This document shows positions 23,593 through 33,423 of a DNA stretch of 64,000 bases, piece by piece. The notes under the pieces were generated by a model, which was not told where the DNA came from, ran no database searches, and saw only the letters and a program-made list of their open reading frames with translations. Origin of the DNA: Bacteroidales bacterium (GTDB taxonomy: Bacteria; Bacteroidota; Bacteroidia; Bacteroidales; ML635J-15). Where the stretch lies: assembly GCA_027858835.1 (NCBI GenBank), contig JAQIBY010000102.1, positions 1,918 to 65,917 of the forward strand, written 5' to 3'. Numbering within the stretch: the first letter of the stretch is position 1; each line of letters opens with the position of its first letter. Both the position numbers and the translations under genes were made by a program.

Positions 23593-24476
23593 CGTTTTCT
23601 AATTTTTCGATTCACCAAATATACACCAAATAATACAAATCCCATCCCGACATAATGTACCATACTAAGCTGTTCACCATCAATAACACCCCATCCAATC
23701 GCAACAACAGGCATTAAATACGTTACTGAAGATGTGAAGATTGCTGTCGTTCGCTGAATTAGGATATTTACCATAACCACAGCCACGGCGGAACCAAGCA
23801 AGCCGAGTAAAAACACATAAACAAAATCGCGACCGGCATTGGCCTGAGCAAAAGTTTCCGGTAAACCAGAAGCTAACAGATAAATAGTCACAGCAGGACC
23901 AACTACAAAAAATGCCAAGGAAGAAATTTGTAAACCAGTTAAGTGTGCAAGTTTTTCTTTTACATGATTGATATTTATACCATACATTACCGTTGCAAGC
24001 ACAACAAAAAGCGCCCATGCATTTACATTGCCGCTAAAACCTTCCGAGTCTGCCATTATCAGCATTACCGAACCGGCCAAACCAATCCCGACACCAACTG
24101 CGGCTCGTCCTACAACACGAATGTGATAGACAATTGCTCCAATAATTAACGTAAAAAATGGTGTCATGGCGTTTAGCATACCTGCCAAGGACGAATCAAT
24201 GCGCGTTTCTGCTAAAGTAAACAGAAATGCGGGAATACAATTTCCGATGTATCCAACAATTAATATTGCAATAAAATTCGATTTATTTAATAATTTTATA
24301 TTTCGTAAAGCAACAGGCAAAAGCACAACAAACGCAATAAACATCCTAAATGCAGCAACTTGTCCGTATGAAAAACTACGCAATCCGTATTTCATCAGAA
24401 TAAAGCTGCTTCCCCAAATCAAACTGAGTGTCAGTAACATTCCCCAATTTATCAACTGCTCAAAATTCCGATTCAT
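23589..24476 (-). CDS. EamA/DMT-family transporter
   Basis: It has about ten TMs and two EamA-like halves. The internal ATG at 24476 (MNRNFEQL) is preferred because the long track start would run into the divergent gene. Confidence 0.7.
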   Translation of the reverse strand: MNRNFEQLINWGMLLTLSLIWGSSFILMKYGLRSFSYGQVAAFRMFIAFVVLLPVALRNIKLLNKSNFIAILIVGYIGNCIPAFLFTLAETRIDSSLAGMLNAMTPFFTLIIGAIVYHIRVVGRAAVGVGIGLAGSVMLIMADSEGFSGNVNAWALFVVLATVMYGININHVKEKLAHLTGLQISSLAFFVVGPAVTIYLLASGLPETFAQANAGRDFVYVFLLGLLGSAVAVVMVNILIQRTTAIFTSSVTYLMPVVAIGWGVIDGEQLSMVHYVGMGFVLFGVYLVNRKIRKR

Positions 24477-24536
24477 TTTTTTTACTTTGGTACAATTATT
24501 GGTTAAAATTCCCCCAAAGATATAGAATCTTAAGCT

Positions 24537-25142
24537 ATGAAAAAGATAACGGCATACATTATTTTTGCAATCAGCATGTCGCTTTGGTCGAATAATGAAA
24601 CTTTCGCTCAAGTGCCGGACTATTATTTTGATGCGATAAATTTAGATAGTATTATTGCTAACGATCCCAATCCGGTTGTTTTCATGCGTCAAGTGTACGT
24701 AACATCGGAAAAATCAAACATGAGCAGGCGAGATAGACGTCGGCAAACACGATTAACGAGAAATTTCAAAAAAGCATATCCTTACGCAAAATTGCTCAGC
24801 AGCACCATGAAGGATATTGAAAATAATATGCAATATATCAAGGATGAAAAAGACAGGGAAAGTTATGTGAAAATTAGGGAAAAAGCCTTTCGCAAGCATT
24901 ATGAAGATGAGATAAAAAAACTGACCATTTCTCAAGGCTTATTACTCATAAAGCTGATTGACAGAGAAACCGGGGAAACTAGTTTTGAAATAATCAAAGA
25001 GTTTAGAGGCGGATTACTTGCCGGCACGTATCAGGCAATTGCCCGAATTTTCGGTCATAATTTAAAAGTGGATTATGAACCTGAAGGTGAAGACAAGGAA
25101 ATTGAAATGTTGGTTTTAAAATATGAAAACGGACAATTGTAA
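24537..25142 (+). CDS. Secreted conserved hypothetical protein (DUF4294-like)
   Basis: A signal peptide and a basic RRDRRRQTRLTRNFKKAYPYAK segment are present. The family assignment is from memory only. Confidence 0.45.
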   Translation: MKKITAYIIFAISMSLWSNNETFAQVPDYYFDAINLDSIIANDPNPVVFMRQVYVTSEKSNMSRRDRRRQTRLTRNFKKAYPYAKLLSSTMKDIENNMQYIKDEKDRESYVKIREKAFRKHYEDEIKKLTISQGLLLIKLIDRETGETSFEIIKEFRGGLLAGTYQAIARIFGHNLKVDYEPEGEDKEIEMLVLKYENGQL

Positions 25143-25143
25143 A

Positions 25144-25734
25144 CTATAAAAACACCAGCATTTTTCGGTACAACTCATAGCTAATCCATGCATCGGTAGC
25201 CGCATAAACAGCCTGTGAATCAGACAGCGTATCACTCTCCCAATTTGACAATTGCTGCGTTTTCGATAAACGATGACAGAAAAACATGGCAGTCAATTTT
25301 CGTAACGAACGAACTTCAATTTCCAACTTTGCAGCGATGTTTTGAATATCTATAAAGCCCTCATCTTCAAAAGGAGTTAAAGCTTTTAATCCTTTAATAT
25401 CATCACGAACGGCAGCTCCGACTTTTAAAATTTTGGGATTCGCCAATAAGTCAGCCAAATTTTGTGGCAATCCAATTTTATTTAAACGGAATAAATAGGC
25501 CCGAGAGTCAGCATACAATTGCAATACAGCCACCTTATGCTGATTTGAGCTCCCTTTTTTAAACGATGGTTTCGTTTCCGTATCAAAACCGATGACATCA
25601 AATTGTGTAAGAAAATCGACAGCTTCCTGCACATATTGCACCTGATCAAGAACAACAATTTCTCCATCAAAAGCAATGATTGGCAAATTTCGTATTTCTT
25701 CTTTTTCAATAATTTTAGGAATCTCTGCTTTCAT
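25144..25734 (-). CDS. 3'-5' exonuclease domain protein (RNase D/DEDDy-like)
   Basis: The motifs are IGFDTETKP and YAATDAW, in a 196-aa protein. Confidence 0.7.
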   Translation of the reverse strand: MKAEIPKIIEKEEIRNLPIIAFDGEIVVLDQVQYVQEAVDFLTQFDVIGFDTETKPSFKKGSSNQHKVAVLQLYADSRAYLFRLNKIGLPQNLADLLANPKILKVGAAVRDDIKGLKALTPFEDEGFIDIQNIAAKLEIEVRSLRKLTAMFFCHRLSKTQQLSNWESDTLSDSQAVYAATDAWISYELYRKMLVFL

Positions 25735-26255
25735 ACCTCCTCCTTGCTAAGAAACTCATCACTTATCATGATTCGATGCAAATGCTCTGTCAAAATCAAA
25801 GTACGTAAACCCCAGTATTGATGGAAATTATAGCGACACTCCCAAACTGCATCATTACGAATCGATTCGTCTCCCTCACGATATTGCAACAAAAAATTTC
25901 CTACATCCTGATATATATCCGCAAATAACTCGGATAATTCCACATGCAAAAAATCCTCAGTATTCATCATAAACTCATCTTCCAAGTGGATGGTCGCATC
26001 AAAATCGCCAAGCTTTTCTTTAATCATGAGTTTCATGTATTCGTAATGCTCGGGAGTAACAAACTTTTCCAAATCTCCCTCCAACATATTTTCCATTTTT
26101 GGTAAAAAGCTGGCTTTGAGATATAACAATGGAAGAATTTGCCTCGCTTTACGGATGAAATCTTGCGTTGTCAAGCCCTCCTGCTCCTCCAAAAAACTAA
26201 CCGTTTCCTTAGAAACAGCGACAAATTCAATAATATGATTCGTTTGCTTATCCAT
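25731..26255 (-). CDS. Conserved hypothetical protein (DUF5063-like), translationally coupled to the exonuclease
   Basis: 174-aa ORF with a 4-nt overlap with the downstream gene. The family assignment is from memory only. Confidence 0.45.
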   Translation of the reverse strand: MDKQTNHIIEFVAVSKETVSFLEEQEGLTTQDFIRKARQILPLLYLKASFLPKMENMLEGDLEKFVTPEHYEYMKLMIKEKLGDFDATIHLEDEFMMNTEDFLHVELSELFADIYQDVGNFLLQYREGDESIRNDAVWECRYNFHQYWGLRTLILTEHLHRIMISDEFLSKEEV

Positions 26256-26429
26256 GATAATAATTTTTGCAAATTTTATAAAATAATACGGGAAAAGGAA
26301 ATGACATGGTGAAAATAAAATGGCAACAAAAAACGAAACTCACACAAAAACCTAACTATCAAACCCTTAGCCCAATGCATAAAGGTTAACAATTATTGCC
26401 TTCCTGTCTATTGAGAATTGATATTATGA

Positions 26430-27857
26430 CTAATCTGTTAACACAACAGATTTCCGGAATAATATTTCATTATCACGAGCTACCTCTAAAACATACAGTC
26501 CCCTACTAATTGATTGCAAATCAAAAACCGAACAATTTGTACAGTGTTTGATAAGAAGCCCATTCAAACAATACAGTCTAAGGTCAAACTCCTTGTTTTT
26601 AGGAGACTTCACATAAAGTTTATCCGTACAAGGATTTGGAAACACACTAAAATCCTCAGAGTTTAAATCGGAGAGGTGATTCGGAATATCCGTGTTTCCC
26701 CAGTGCTCTCCTGAAATAATAGAACCATCAATTTGTAAAGTATTAACCACTCCAGTATCAGAGTTAATTCGCTTTTCAACACCATAAGTTGTCGATAACT
26801 GGACGCGTGAATAATAATCAGAAATATTGCCAATACTACAATCATCCAACAAAAGAAAACCCTCCCGAATGTACTCAAATTGGTGAATTGTATCCTCAAG
26901 CCCGGGTTCAATTTCAATGGCCGTTTTCACAAAAAACTCATATCCGAAATCATCTGGAATCAAACCAAAATATGAGGTGGGATTACCAATAAACACTTCA
27001 TATTCAGCACGTGTGAAAATTTCTAAATAATTTTCATTTTCATAAATTAATTCGCCTTGACGAAAAGTTCGCCGATACATGAGATATGCAACGGAATCTG
27101 AATCCCTATAAACAGTTTTTATGGAATCTACATAGCGTTCAGTCAAATCTGGCTGGGAAATATCATAAAAATCAGACTCCCAAAACCAAAACAACATATC
27201 GCCTTCATTCAAGGTGAAATATTCTGAAAAATCGGGTTGGTGAAATCCCAAGTCCATTGCATCATCCTGTAATCCAATGAGATTATACACTTCATCATTT
27301 ACTCCGGCGAAAAAGTTTTTAAATGGGACAAAAGCAACAAAACCATACGATTTTGACAGCAAAAACTGTTGTCCTGCCAATGCGCCCGAATTGCAGGTAA
27401 ATTGCTTAACCGAATCTGTCAATCCCAGGAAACTCATTTCAAAAATGGTATCGCAAGTGATGCTAATTTCGTTGGTTGTCCAGCTATCTCCCTTTTCAGC
27501 GAATGGCAAAAACACGACAGAGTCAGGAGTATTCCATGTGAAATCCGGAAAAATCAAAGAATCATTTCGCAATATCATGCGTTCCGGTTTACGCGCTTCA
27601 TTGTAGGGGTTATTCCATTCAATTACTGGGGTAAAACTCCCATGACAAGAATCAATTACAGATTTCGCATTAAAATAAAACACCGATGCTTGTGCATTTA
27701 CATCCACAGAATCCAAAATAAATAATTCAACTTTCTGATTATCTTCTGTTTCCTGAGAAAAACAGGCATGCTGATTTACAATAAATGGCATCCAATCCTG
27801 AGCGATAGCAAATGTTGTAATAAGCAAAATTCCACAAAGCAAATAAAGTTTTTTCAT
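26430..27857 (-). CDS. Secreted protein with a T9SS C-terminal sorting domain
   Basis: The signal peptide starts from ATG 27857 (MKKLYLLCGILLITTFAIAQ). The last ~80 aa (FSVFPNPCTDKLYV...GLYVLEV...) match the Por-secretion CTD pattern. Confidence 0.7.
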   Translation of the reverse strand: MKKLYLLCGILLITTFAIAQDWMPFIVNQHACFSQETEDNQKVELFILDSVDVNAQASVFYFNAKSVIDSCHGSFTPVIEWNNPYNEARKPERMILRNDSLIFPDFTWNTPDSVVFLPFAEKGDSWTTNEISITCDTIFEMSFLGLTDSVKQFTCNSGALAGQQFLLSKSYGFVAFVPFKNFFAGVNDEVYNLIGLQDDAMDLGFHQPDFSEYFTLNEGDMLFWFWESDFYDISQPDLTERYVDSIKTVYRDSDSVAYLMYRRTFRQGELIYENENYLEIFTRAEYEVFIGNPTSYFGLIPDDFGYEFFVKTAIEIEPGLEDTIHQFEYIREGFLLLDDCSIGNISDYYSRVQLSTTYGVEKRINSDTGVVNTLQIDGSIISGEHWGNTDIPNHLSDLNSEDFSVFPNPCTDKLYVKSPKNKEFDLRLYCLNGLLIKHCTNCSVFDLQSISRGLYVLEVARDNEILFRKSVVLTD

Positions 27858-28068
27858 TTGTAGCAATATATTCGTTTGGTTTAACATTAATTTAGTAGAT
27901 AAAGATAACTAATTATATAATACAATCAATAGTTTTCTTCGCCCACCTATCAGACCCTCAATTATCATCTGCAAGCTGTCTTCCGGCATCAGTATGTTTA
28001 TAATTTCCGACCTGTTATGTGGGAAATTTTTTATGATATTCTAATGGCTTTTCGTATCTTGCAAACTT

Positions 28069-28359
28069 ATGAGAAGATCACAAACACAAGGATTATCAGA
28101 CTTAATAAAACTGATGAAAAAGCAATATCACCTTGAAAATGGGGTAGATAGAGCGAATATCAAGCGAAATTGGGAACTGGTTGTCGGAAAAAATGCTGCG
28201 GCTTACACTGAACGTATTTATTTTCGTGACAGAACCATGGTCGTTCACCTACGCTCATCCGTATTACGGCACGAATTAACCGGACAAAGAAAAAAACTCA
28301 TTTATCGAATTAACGAGCAAGTCGGGCGAAATATTATTGATGAAATTATTCTCAGATAG
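28069..28359 (+). CDS. DUF721-family small protein
   Basis: 96 aa. The segment W..VVG...A..T....F...TMVVHL.SS.L..EL is typical of DUF721. Confidence 0.55.
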   Translation: MRRSQTQGLSDLIKLMKKQYHLENGVDRANIKRNWELVVGKNAAAYTERIYFRDRTMVVHLRSSVLRHELTGQRKKLIYRINEQVGRNIIDEIILR

Positions 28360-28417
28360 TCACTGTAATCACTCAAAATAAAGGCTTAACTTTGTAAAAA
28401 ATCAGATTATCATTCAA

Positions 28418-29443
28418 ATGAATATAAAACAAACACATAAGGAACTTACTGAAATTCGAGACATCATACTAAATGCAAATCATGTCGGAATTATTACGCA
28501 CAAAAATCCCGACGGAGATGCACTAGGCTCATCCATGGCAATGTACCTGAGTTTGAAAAAACAAAATATCAAGGTTGATGTCTTTACACCAAATAAATAT
28601 CCTGATTTTCTTAGTTGGATAAAAGACGGGGATGAAATTATTGTTGCCGATAAAAACAAGGCTTCCGCTTTAAAAAAACTAGAAGCTTGTGATGTCTTAC
28701 TTTTACAGGATTTCAATGCACTTAACCGCATTGACATGCTTGCTGAGCCGGTGAAAACGCATAATGCAACAAAAATTCTCATTGATCATCATCCCCATCC
28801 TGAAAATCATTTCGATTACTCAATTTCAGAAACAGGAATGAGCTCAACAGCAGAACTTATTTATCATCTTTTTCGTGTATGGGAGTGGGATCATCTGATT
28901 GACAGAGACATTGCAGAAGCATTTTACTGCGGGATATTAACGGACACCGGTTGTTTCAACTATAATTCATCCGACCCGAAAATTTTCGAAGTTGTTGCTG
29001 ATCTTTTGAAAAAAGGTGTCCGTAAAGACCATGTTTATGCGCTCATTTACAATAATTATTCGTTTGATCGCATAAAATTACTGGGATTAGCACTAAATGA
29101 ACGCATGCATTATTTCCCGGAACACAAAACGGCATATATCGCGTTAAGCAAAGCAGATATGAAAGCATTTAATTACAAATCCGGCGATACAGAAGGCTTT
29201 GTAAACTATCCCTTATCAATAAAAGGCACGATTTTCACTGCACTTTTCCTTGAAAAAGCCAGTGAAGTTAAGATCTCATTTCGCAGCATTGGTGATTTTC
29301 CAGCAAATGAATTTGCGGCGAAGTATTTTAATGGTGGCGGACATAAAAATGCAGCCGGTGGAAATTCTCAGCAAAGTTTACAAGAAAGCATCGAAAAATT
29401 CGTTTCAGTATTACCTGAATTTTTAAATAAACTCAAAATATGA
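28418..29443 (+). CDS. nrnA: DHH-family phosphoesterase (bifunctional oligoribonuclease/pAp phosphatase NrnA-like)
   Basis: The motifs are HKNPDGDALGS, LIDHH, DTGCF and GGGHKNAAG. Confidence 0.8.
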   Translation: MNIKQTHKELTEIRDIILNANHVGIITHKNPDGDALGSSMAMYLSLKKQNIKVDVFTPNKYPDFLSWIKDGDEIIVADKNKASALKKLEACDVLLLQDFNALNRIDMLAEPVKTHNATKILIDHHPHPENHFDYSISETGMSSTAELIYHLFRVWEWDHLIDRDIAEAFYCGILTDTGCFNYNSSDPKIFEVVADLLKKGVRKDHVYALIYNNYSFDRIKLLGLALNERMHYFPEHKTAYIALSKADMKAFNYKSGDTEGFVNYPLSIKGTIFTALFLEKASEVKISFRSIGDFPANEFAAKYFNGGGHKNAAGGNSQQSLQESIEKFVSVLPEFLNKLKI

Positions 29444-29976
29444 GAATAGCAATAATAGTAAGCCTCTTAATTCTGATAATGGGAGCCTGCGCCTGCAACC
29501 GAAACTCCACTAGCTCAGAACCCATGTCAATGGATAGCATTAAGAAGACATACAATGAGCCAATGATGGAGTGGAATCACGCCAAAATTCGCGATCAGGA
29601 TATCATGATAAAAAGATATGCCGAACGCAGAAACTGGGACATGACACGTTCCGATAGCGGATTGTATTATTCAATTTATGAAACCGAAAACGGAATGAAA
29701 GCAGACAGTGGCTATATTGCAGTTTTCCATTACGATCTTCATCTACTGGACGGACAATTTTGTTATTCATCTGACAGTACGGGTCCCAGACAAATAAAAC
29801 TTGGAAGAGCCAACATTGAAAGCGGCTTGGAAGAAGCTCTGCTCGCCATGCGAATTGGAGACAAAGCCCATGTCATTATTCCACCGCATCTTGCATACGG
29901 AATGCCGGGTGACGGGAATAAGATTCCTGCAGATGCAATCTTGGTGTATGACGTTGAATTGCGTGAATTATATTAA
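29440..29976 (+). CDS. FKBP-type peptidyl-prolyl isomerase lipoprotein (GldI-like possibility)
   Basis: The lipobox is LIMGAC. The FKBP_C core is VFHYDLHLLDG...GLEEALLAMRIGDKAHVIIPPHLAYG...LVYDVEL. Confidence 0.75.
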   Translation: MRIAIIVSLLILIMGACACNRNSTSSEPMSMDSIKKTYNEPMMEWNHAKIRDQDIMIKRYAERRNWDMTRSDSGLYYSIYETENGMKADSGYIAVFHYDLHLLDGQFCYSSDSTGPRQIKLGRANIESGLEEALLAMRIGDKAHVIIPPHLAYGMPGDGNKIPADAILVYDVELRELY

Positions 29977-29999
29977 TGTTTCACATAAATTAATCGAAA

Positions 30000-30869
30000 A
30001 TGAAAACACAACATTTGATTTACTTGTTAAGCATTTTTTTCTTTATCAGTTGCAATCAAAAATCAGAAAACGATAAGTTTAAAACTGCCGATAGCGGATT
30101 GCAATATCAATTACACGAATCCTTTCCGAATAATGAAAAACCAGGAATAGATGATGTCGTGGTTTTAGATTTAATTTATGAAACCACAGATGGAAATCTG
30201 CTTTTTGACTCGCACGATTCAGACAGAACCTACATGCGCACAATCAAAGGTGCAACCCACCCGGGCGGCAGCTTAGAAGATGGCTTAAACATGATGAATA
30301 TCGGTGACTCTGCAAGTTTCAAAATTAATGCTCAGGACTTTTTCAGATTCACATTACGGCAGGAAAATTTACCGGAAAATGTCTCTCCAAATGATTATAT
30401 AATTGTCCATGTCAGGATGAAAAACATGCTTAAAAAAGAAGAATATTCCAATCAATTGGACAAGAATTATCACGCTAGTGAAGAAATGGAACTGGAACTG
30501 CTGGAAAATTATCTTAAAATTACAAACGTTACGGTTGAGCCGACTGAATCAGGCTTATACTATGTGCCGATACAAGCAGGCAGCGGCGATAAAGCAAAAT
30601 CCGATGATAAAGTTTCTGTTCACTACACAGGAAGCTTAATCAGTGGAAAAGTATTTGATTCTTCCATCGGAAAATCACCGATTCAGTTTACTTTAGGAAA
30701 AGGGCAAGTAATCCCAGGCTGGGACGAAGGCATTGCAATGATGAAAAAAGGAGAAAAAGCCAAACTCATTATCCCATCAAAATTAGCATACGGAAAGCGT
30801 GGCAAAGGGGAAAACATTCTCCCCTACTCAACACTAGTTTTTGACGTTGAATTAATTAACATACAATAA
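30000..30869 (+). CDS. FKBP-type peptidyl-prolyl isomerase lipoprotein (degenerate N-terminal plus canonical C-terminal FKBP domain)
   Basis: The lipobox is FFISC. The C-terminal core is VSVHYTGSLISGKVFDSS...VIPGWDEGIAMMKKGEKAKLIIPSKLAYG...LVFDVELI. Confidence 0.8.
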   Translation: MKTQHLIYLLSIFFFISCNQKSENDKFKTADSGLQYQLHESFPNNEKPGIDDVVVLDLIYETTDGNLLFDSHDSDRTYMRTIKGATHPGGSLEDGLNMMNIGDSASFKINAQDFFRFTLRQENLPENVSPNDYIIVHVRMKNMLKKEEYSNQLDKNYHASEEMELELLENYLKITNVTVEPTESGLYYVPIQAGSGDKAKSDDKVSVHYTGSLISGKVFDSSIGKSPIQFTLGKGQVIPGWDEGIAMMKKGEKAKLIIPSKLAYGKRGKGENILPYSTLVFDVELINIQ

Positions 30870-31843
30870 TGCGGACACAAAAAATTTACATTTTGATTTT
30901 TATTTTGATTTTACTTGCAGCTCAAGCTTGTAATCCGAAAAACAAATCAGATAAAACGAAAAGCGAAACGGTAAAATCAGACAGTGTAAGCTTAGATGAA
31001 GAGGTTACCGAAAGGCAAGATTTATCAGAAAATGACAGCAGCGAAAACCCAGCATATTACAAAGTGCTGGAAACCGGCTTGAAATATCATATGCATGAGT
31101 ATTATCCAAACATGCCCTATGCAAATCCGGGAGATGTCATTTATTTACGAATGGATTATTTCTTGGAAGACAGCTTACTTTTCTCATCCTCAAGCTTGCC
31201 AGATACCATGAAAATGCGTTTGCTAAAACCGGATTTACCGGGAACCATTGACGAAGCCCTTTTTCAAATGCATGAAAATGACAGCGCCGAATTCATCCTC
31301 GATGCTACAAAATTTTACAGACACACGAGACAGCTTGCAGAGCTCCCGCATTTCATTGTTCCTGGTGATTCATTACGATTTTATATTCGTCTGATGAAGA
31401 TTATCCCTTCAGACAAATGGGTTGTGATGCAGGAAGATAAGCTTACAGAAAAACGTAAATTTGAAACAAGTGAAATTAAACGATATGTTCTCAAAAAGGA
31501 ACTTAATCCGGAAACACTAAACGGTGGGGTTTTGCGTGAAGTTACCTACGAAGGAAACGGACCGACAGTAACAGAGAACTCCATTGTGAATGTTCATTAC
31601 GATGGCAGATTTCTTGATGACAAATTATTTTCCACTACGTATGAGAATAAGGAAGTGTTTAAAGTGAATCTTGGCGAGCAAGAAATTATTCCGGGACTGG
31701 AAATTGGCTTAATCGGTTTAAAACAAGGCAGTACGGCAAAAATCATTGTTCCCTTTGAATTGGCATACGGCGAAGAACAACGTGGTCCTGTTCCACCATG
31801 GTCAACTTTAGTTTTTGATGTGCAGGTTGTGTCGGTGCAGTAA
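30869..31843 (+). CDS. FKBP-type peptidyl-prolyl isomerase lipoprotein (two-domain)
   Basis: The lipobox is LLAAQAC. The C-terminal core is VNVHYDGRFLDDKLFSTT...IIPGLEIGLIGLKQGSTAKIIVPFELAYG...LVFDVQVV. Confidence 0.8.
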   Translation: MRTQKIYILIFILILLAAQACNPKNKSDKTKSETVKSDSVSLDEEVTERQDLSENDSSENPAYYKVLETGLKYHMHEYYPNMPYANPGDVIYLRMDYFLEDSLLFSSSSLPDTMKMRLLKPDLPGTIDEALFQMHENDSAEFILDATKFYRHTRQLAELPHFIVPGDSLRFYIRLMKIIPSDKWVVMQEDKLTEKRKFETSEIKRYVLKKELNPETLNGGVLREVTYEGNGPTVTENSIVNVHYDGRFLDDKLFSTTYENKEVFKVNLGEQEIIPGLEIGLIGLKQGSTAKIIVPFELAYGEEQRGPVPPWSTLVFDVQVVSVQ

Positions 31844-31892
31844 GTAGATTTTTGAGAGATAAAACTGTTGGCTCATTTAGACAAATTAGATA

Positions 31893-32330
31893 TCAATCCT
31901 CCACTGATTTTGTCCATCCGATAACGGCAGCGGGCAAGGTGTGGGCAAGTAAAAAGATACCGATTACACTAACAAGATCAGGGCTGTATCCTGCAAAGGA
32001 AAAAACCAATAATAGCGAAATAATAAATAAGGCAAACACGGTATAAGCAATCCGTAATGCGCGACTCGTAATTTCAAACTCTTTTTCATCCATTTGGCGC
32101 AATGGCTTATGAATGAAACGCCACAAACCGGTACGAATGAATCCTAAATAAAAACCGGCAGCAAAAATCAGCAGGAAAACAATGCATAATGCTTCTGACC
32201 ACAGTTTAAGCCCATGAATTTTGCAATACTCAAAACTTACAATAAAGCCCGCTAAGGCAACATAAGTTAAAGCAATGGTAATGCTAACAAAGCGACGATA
32301 TGCTTTTTTTCGATTTGCTTTCTGAACCAT
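31893..32330 (-). CDS. Four-TM membrane protein of unknown function
   Basis: 145-aa ORF with four hydrophobic helices. Confidence 0.5.
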   Translation of the reverse strand: MVQKANRKKAYRRFVSITIALTYVALAGFIVSFEYCKIHGLKLWSEALCIVFLLIFAAGFYLGFIRTGLWRFIHKPLRQMDEKEFEITSRALRIAYTVFALFIISLLLVFSFAGYSPDLVSVIGIFLLAHTLPAAVIGWTKSVED

Positions 32331-32441
32331 AATTCATTCGCTAAATTCAAGGTAAAAGTACATTTTTTAAAATCGCTAACAAAATTTGCAGTTCTAATGA
32401 GCAAATCTTAAGCTTATACATAACGATTTTTTTGAATTTCG

Positions 32442-33287
32442 CTACAAATCATGAGCCAAGCGAATTCCTCTGGCATTACTTCCGTAGTTACGAAATCCCT
32501 CAACACGGTTCGTATTTCGGCAATCATATGGCTTATTAAACCAAGAACCACCACGCAATACCTGATAATCACCCATCGCAGGATTCACCGGGTTGTTCGG
32601 CACTGAAAAGTTATAATAATCGGCATAATATTTATCCTGACAAGGCTCCCAAACATTGCCTGTCATATCATAAAGGTCAAGCGCATTGGGCTTTTTCAAA
32701 CCAATCGGCTGCGTTTTGCCTCGGCTGTTATCTGCATACCAACCCACTTCATCAATTTGGTTACTGCCGCTGTATTTGTAATCTGTGCGCTCATCTAAAC
32801 TCGGCATATATTGACCTCCTCTGGCAGCATATTCCCACTCGGCCTCAGTCGGTAGCCGATAATCTTTACCGGTAACCTGATTCAGCGCCTCAATAAACTC
32901 CTCAACCCGAAACATGATATTTTCCGCCGGGCAATCATCACAACCTTTATTATAGGATGGGTTATCACCAATAATCGCCTCCCATTGTGCTTGTGTAACT
33001 TCATACTTACAAAGGTAAAAATCATCAAGACGTACCTTGTGAACCGGATTTTCATCATCGTGTGCATCTGAGTCATTAGAGCCCATATAATAAACGCCAC
33101 CCTCTATTGCAATCATTTCAAATTCAACACCCAACACGCGCTCAGTATAATCTTGTCCGGCAAAATGAGATTCTGTCGTATTGTTTAAACCAATAGCGGC
33201 ATAATCAGTCATCTCCTTACCTCCTTTACAGGAAATTAAGGTGAAAATGACAATAAAAATGACCGAAAATTTGACGACATTACTCAT
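32442..33287 (-). CDS. Formylglycine-generating-enzyme (SUMF1/FGE-sulfatase) family lipoprotein
   Basis: The lipobox is LISC. The motifs are YRLPTEAEWEYAARGG, GNVWEP and LRGGSW. Confidence 0.8.
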   Translation of the reverse strand: MSNVVKFSVIFIVIFTLISCKGGKEMTDYAAIGLNNTTESHFAGQDYTERVLGVEFEMIAIEGGVYYMGSNDSDAHDDENPVHKVRLDDFYLCKYEVTQAQWEAIIGDNPSYNKGCDDCPAENIMFRVEEFIEALNQVTGKDYRLPTEAEWEYAARGGQYMPSLDERTDYKYSGSNQIDEVGWYADNSRGKTQPIGLKKPNALDLYDMTGNVWEPCQDKYYADYYNFSVPNNPVNPAMGDYQVLRGGSWFNKPYDCRNTNRVEGFRNYGSNARGIRLAHDL

Positions 33288-33423
33288 ATAACAGTTTTTT
33301 CAGCAACGAAAGATAATATTTTTTTGTCAAGTGGGAAAAATCATCAGGAAAAATTATCTGTTTTTGTACAAATTTTCGGAATTTAGACAGGCAAGACTTC
33401 CCCAGATGCAATTATCAAAAAAA

